64,000 bases of DNA. It comes from Bdellovibrionales bacterium (GTDB taxonomy: Bacteria > Bdellovibrionota > UBA1018 > CAIMNF01). Of the stretch, positions 60,523 through 64,000 are shown piece after piece (position 1 is the first letter of the stretch; each line of letters opens with the position of its first letter). Below the pieces are notes generated by a model that had not been told where the DNA came from, did not search any database, and saw only the letters and a program-made list of their open reading frames with translations. A program made the position numbers and the translations under genes. The stretch is taken from the NCBI GenBank assembly GCA_947462765.1, contig CANHQK010000001.1, forward strand, positions 10,580 to 74,579. The letters are read 5' to 3'.

Positions 60523-63054
60523 ATGAATCTCCTCCGGAAAATCAAGGCAAGCCTCAAGATCCTGGTCATCGGAGCGGTTGCCGGGGTCATCGCACTCGGC
60601 GGAGGGATCTGGTACGTGTACCAGAGCATCCAGAAAGACATTCCTGAGATCCGGAAGGTCTCCGACTACCGTCCTCCCGGTGTCACTCAGATTCTCTCAC
60701 TGGAGAGCAAGTCGACCAAAGTCATGGCGGAATTTTATAAAGAGCGCAGGTACCTGACGCCCTACGATCAGATCCCGCCTCAGCTCGTCTCGGCGTTCTT
60801 ATCAGCAGAAGACGCAACTTTTTTTGAACACCAAGGAGTGAACTTCGTCGCGATCACTCGCGCAGCGATCGCCAACTTTCTTGCCGGCCAGGTGGTTCAA
60901 GGCGGCTCGACCATCACCCAGCAAATCGCCAAATCGCTTTACTTGAGCCCGGAGAGAAACCTCCTCCGGAAACTGAAAGAGTTCTTTATCGCATTCCAGC
61001 TCGAGAAGAATCTGAAGAAAGAGGAGATCCTCTATCTTTATCTGAACCAGATTTATCTCGGGAGCGGAGCGTACGGGGTTCAGGCGGCTGCGAGGACCTA
61101 TTTTCACAAAGAACTGAAAGCCCTGACCCTTGCCGAAATGGCACTAATCGCAGGTCTGCCAACCGCACCTGGAAAATACTCCCCCCTGTTGAACCCGAAA
61201 AAGGCGAAGGAGCGGCAGCTCTACGTGCTCAAGCGAATGAAGGAGAATCGTCACATCTCCGAGACCGAACAGAGGAACGCCGCGGCCGAGCGGATCCGGA
61301 TCTTTATCAATGATGGAACCGCGAAGACTATCGCCCCGCACTTCGTGGAGTACCTCAGGCGCCACATGATCCAGAAATACGGCGAGAAAATGCTTTATGA
61401 AGATGGCCTCACGGTCACCATTCCGTCTGCTGCGAAGTATTCGACCTATGCACAGGAGGCTCTCGAAGAGGGGCTGGAAGAGATCGATCAGAGGAAGGGG
61501 TACCGCGGCCCGGTGGCCCGGGTGGAGCAGAAAGATTGGGCGAACAAGCAGGCGGAATTGAGAAAGCAGATTACGAACGAGGCATTCCCGTTCCGCTTCC
61601 TGACACCCGAAGGAGCGCTCGATCTCGAGGCGGCCATTGCGGAGTTCGATCCCGGTCACGAAAAAGCCGTGAAGGGAAAGCGATTGCAGGCCCTGATCAC
61701 CCAGATCGCGCCGGACAAGAAATCGGCAATCGCCTCCATCGGCCTCGATACGGTCGTGCTTCCGCTTGAAGGGATGAAGTGGGCTTATCCAGCAGGCCAA
61801 GCCAACCGCCCCCCCAAGGCCGTGACCGAGGTTCTTCAGCCGGGAGACCTCGTTTGGGTCAAGCCCCAAGTCTATGGATCGGGGATGTGGAAAGCCAACC
61901 TGACTCAAGAGCCCGAAATCGAGGGTGCTTTGTACTCTGTAGACGTGCAGACCGGACAGATTCTCGCGATGGTCGGGGGGTTCAACTACGCCAAGTCCGA
62001 GTTCAACCGGGCGGTACAAGCCAAGCGCCAGATGGGCTCGACTTTCAAGCCGATCATTTATTCCGCGGCAATCGAAAAGGGCTACACTCCGGTGAGCATC
62101 ATTGTCGATGCACCGATTGTTTTCGAAGACAAAGACAACGGGACTTGGAAGCCAGAGAATTACGAAGAAAAGTTCTATGGGGACACGACTTTCCGTCAGG
62201 CCCTCATCAACTCCCGAAACATTCCAACGGTGAAGATTGTCCAGGACATCAAGGTTCAATCGGTGATCCGTCAGGCAAAGCGTCTGGGGATCGAGACCGA
62301 GTTCAATCCGGACCTGTCCATCTCATTGGGGTCCGCAGTCACGACGGTTCAGGACCTGGTCCATGCCTTCACGGCCTTTCCTTTGTTGGGCCGGCCCTTT
62401 CGCGCCAACGTCTTTCAAACGATCTCGGATCGTGACGGACGGACTCTCGAAACGGCAGCGGATCTCCCGGCAGAGAGGGGAGAGGTCAAGGAAACCACTG
62501 AAATGGACACCGCGCCCTTCGCGCCACTGGTGCCGGGTCTCCGGCTCGATCCACGGGTGGCCTATGTGATGACCCATCTGATGAAAGAGGTCGTCCAGTT
62601 CGGAACGGCGGCCAAGGCCAGTGCGCTCGGTCGTCCGATTGCCGGAAAAACCGGAACCACCCAGGATTTCCGCGACGGCTGGTTCATCGGGTTTTCGCCC
62701 CAGGTCGTGACCGGGGTTTGGGTGGGATATGACGACCAGCGTAGCATGGGCCGTGGCGAAAGCGGCGCCAATACAGCCCTGCCCATCTGGGTCCGCTACA
62801 TGAATCAGATCCTGAAGGATTACCCGGTGGTAGACTTCGACGCTCCGCCGGGGATCACCTATGTCCAAGTCGACCCCAAGACCGGAAAGCAGCTATCCGG
62901 GGGCAGGGGGACGCGCGAAGCCTTCATTTCCGGCACCGAACCGGGCGCCCGTGACGCGGAGCCCGAGGTGGATCCGGATGAGCCCAAGCGCCCGAAAAAA
63001 GGCCCGATCAAGATCGAGCAGGTCGATGACGACGTGCTCCGCGAAGACCGCTAG
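60523..63054 (+). CDS. mrcA: Class A penicillin-binding protein (PBP1A; glycosyltransferase + transpeptidase)
   Basis: 843 aa. N-terminal TM. GT51 motifs EDATFFEHQGV and GGSTITQQ. Transpeptidase motifs STFK, SRN and KTGTT. Confidence 0.93.
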   Translation: MNLLRKIKASLKILVIGAVAGVIALGGGIWYVYQSIQKDIPEIRKVSDYRPPGVTQILSLESKSTKVMAEFYKERRYLTPYDQIPPQLVSAFLSAEDATFFEHQGVNFVAITRAAIANFLAGQVVQGGSTITQQIAKSLYLSPERNLLRKLKEFFIAFQLEKNLKKEEILYLYLNQIYLGSGAYGVQAAARTYFHKELKALTLAEMALIAGLPTAPGKYSPLLNPKKAKERQLYVLKRMKENRHISETEQRNAAAERIRIFINDGTAKTIAPHFVEYLRRHMIQKYGEKMLYEDGLTVTIPSAAKYSTYAQEALEEGLEEIDQRKGYRGPVARVEQKDWANKQAELRKQITNEAFPFRFLTPEGALDLEAAIAEFDPGHEKAVKGKRLQALITQIAPDKKSAIASIGLDTVVLPLEGMKWAYPAGQANRPPKAVTEVLQPGDLVWVKPQVYGSGMWKANLTQEPEIEGALYSVDVQTGQILAMVGGFNYAKSEFNRAVQAKRQMGSTFKPIIYSAAIEKGYTPVSIIVDAPIVFEDKDNGTWKPENYEEKFYGDTTFRQALINSRNIPTVKIVQDIKVQSVIRQAKRLGIETEFNPDLSISLGSAVTTVQDLVHAFTAFPLLGRPFRANVFQTISDRDGRTLETAADLPAERGEVKETTEMDTAPFAPLVPGLRLDPRVAYVMTHLMKEVVQFGTAAKASALGRPIAGKTGTTQDFRDGWFIGFSPQVVTGVWVGYDDQRSMGRGESGANTALPIWVRYMNQILKDYPVVDFDAPPGITYVQVDPKTGKQLSGGRGTREAFISGTEPGARDAEPEVDPDEPKRPKKGPIKIEQVDDDVLREDR

Positions 63055-63114
63055 CCCTGAAATGTGATAGAATTCAGTCAATCGGCGACAGGTTTCTGCC
63101 GATAAGGTCAAAGC

Positions 63115-63927
63115 GTGGAAGTGCGGTTACAAGAAAACTCGATCTACCGGTCCCTGGCGCTGCACTTGGTGCTCGCGCTCCTGATCTGGGTCGGGCTAAA
63201 AAACTCCAAGTGGAGTCCGGAACTGCAGGTGCCCGTTGAAATTACGATCGCACCCAAACCGGTCTCGCCTCAGGACCGTGCCAAGTCGATCGTTCGGTCC
63301 GAAGCAGAGCCAACCGAGGCCGAGCCCAAGCCGGACGCCTTTTTGAGCGATAGGAACCGCGCGACCCGACAGGAGACCGTGGCCCGGAACGAGGGTGGTG
63401 GTGGGGCGGTTTCAGCCATTTCCAAGCCTAAAAGGGTTCCGAAGCTTTCCGATTTGGGAATGAAGATGAGAGAAGAGGCTCCGAGGGAATACACCGAGGA
63501 GCGCCGGTGGGCGAATCCCCAGTTCGGTGAGGCCCTGAAGGGCGGTCAGTACATCCAGGGGGTGCGCGAAGGCGAGGTCACAGCACTCAACACCAAGGAA
63601 TTCGTTTTTTACTCATACTTCGAACGGGTGCGGAAACAGCTCGACCAGGCCTGGCAGCCCCTCGTTCGGCAGAACATTCAGAAGATCCTGAAAAGCGGGA
63701 GAAAACTGGCCTCGAACTCCGACCACGTCACGCGAGCCCTGGTGACTTTGAATCAACAGGGGCAAATCCTCCGGATCCAAGTGCTTGAAGAATCGGGCTC
63801 ACAAGACCTTGATCAGGCGGCGATCGATGCGCTCAACCGGGCAGGACCTTATCCGAACCCTCCACGCGGACTGGTGGACGGGAAGGGAGAAGTCCAGATC
63901 CGTTGGGACTTCATCCTGAAAACCTAA
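63115..63927 (+). CDS. TonB-family protein (C-terminal energy-transducer domain)
   Basis: 270 aa with a GTG start. An N-terminal TM (LALHLVLALLIWVGL), a Pro/Glu/Lys-rich spacer, and the C-terminus SGSQDLDQAAIDALNRAGPYPNPP typical of the TonB C-terminal domain. Confidence 0.7.
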   Translation: MEVRLQENSIYRSLALHLVLALLIWVGLKNSKWSPELQVPVEITIAPKPVSPQDRAKSIVRSEAEPTEAEPKPDAFLSDRNRATRQETVARNEGGGGAVSAISKPKRVPKLSDLGMKMREEAPREYTEERRWANPQFGEALKGGQYIQGVREGEVTALNTKEFVFYSYFERVRKQLDQAWQPLVRQNIQKILKSGRKLASNSDHVTRALVTLNQQGQILRIQVLEESGSQDLDQAAIDALNRAGPYPNPPRGLVDGKGEVQIRWDFILKT

Positions 63928-64000
63928 CTGAAGGAATCAGCCGAGCATGCTTTGCATGCCACGCTTGAGCAGGGCGGTATTCCAGATCGAGCTGGCCTGA

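Noticed and set aside
63937-64000. An open minus-strand frame ending in TGA at 63937-63939 (...QASSIWNTALLKRGMQSMLG*), possibly the 3' end of a convergent gene.
   Set aside because: Only 21 codons are visible, so the product cannot be identified and I cannot confirm that the frame is coding.

Overview
This window is the replication-origin neighbourhood of a GC-rich diderm bacterial chromosome. SurA, a BamD-like TPR lipoprotein, a TonB-like protein and a YidC with a periplasmic domain support the diderm call. The synteny loosely resembles Bdellovibrionota or Myxococcota-type lineages, but I cannot establish the taxon from the sequence alone. Coding density is very high, with about 65 CDS.

Gene order, left to right:
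- Canonical nuoA-E (minus strand; nuoE runs off the left edge).
- A co-directional ten-gene complex-I-like module directly upstream of nuoA. It has second NuoB-, NuoD-, NuoH- and NuoI-like genes plus degenerate antiporter-like membrane proteins.
- mfd, two parvulin/SurA-type chaperones, pdxA, a phosphomannomutase and uvrA (plus strand).
- A compact minus-strand array: dnaN-recF-gyrB-fabH-gyrA-TPR lipoprotein-atpZ/I-like-atpB-atpE.
- A 445-bp AT-rich intergenic region with eight DnaA-box-like TTTTCCACC or (T/C)(C/A)ATCCACC 9-mers, the putative oriC.
- Two translationally coupled secreted proteins of unknown function wedged between dnaA and the DnaA-box cluster next to dnaN.
- dnaA, then divergently rpmH-rnpA-yidD-yidC-mnmE.
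- hbd-crt-acd, two secreted hypotheticals on the opposite strand, and a split B12-dependent acyl-CoA mutase with isobutyryl-CoA-mutase-type specificity residues.
- mnmG-rsmG (with a perfect parS palindrome inside rsmG), parA-parB-bactofilin, atpF'FHAGDC, a membrane-anchored hypothetical coupled to an orphan xseB, tlyA, a class A PBP and a TonB-like protein.

I saw no rRNA, tRNA, CRISPR array, transposase or integrase.

The best candidate for uncharacterised biology is the Ehr/Mbx-like complex-I relative at 3.1-9.65 kb. Its NuoB-like subunit keeps the cluster cysteines, its NuoD-like subunit has no [NiFe] ligands, and there is no electron-input module. The second candidate is the secreted two-gene insertion that separates dnaA from the DnaA-box cluster and dnaN.

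All calls rest on my reading of the translated ORFs and the DNA. I ran no database searches.
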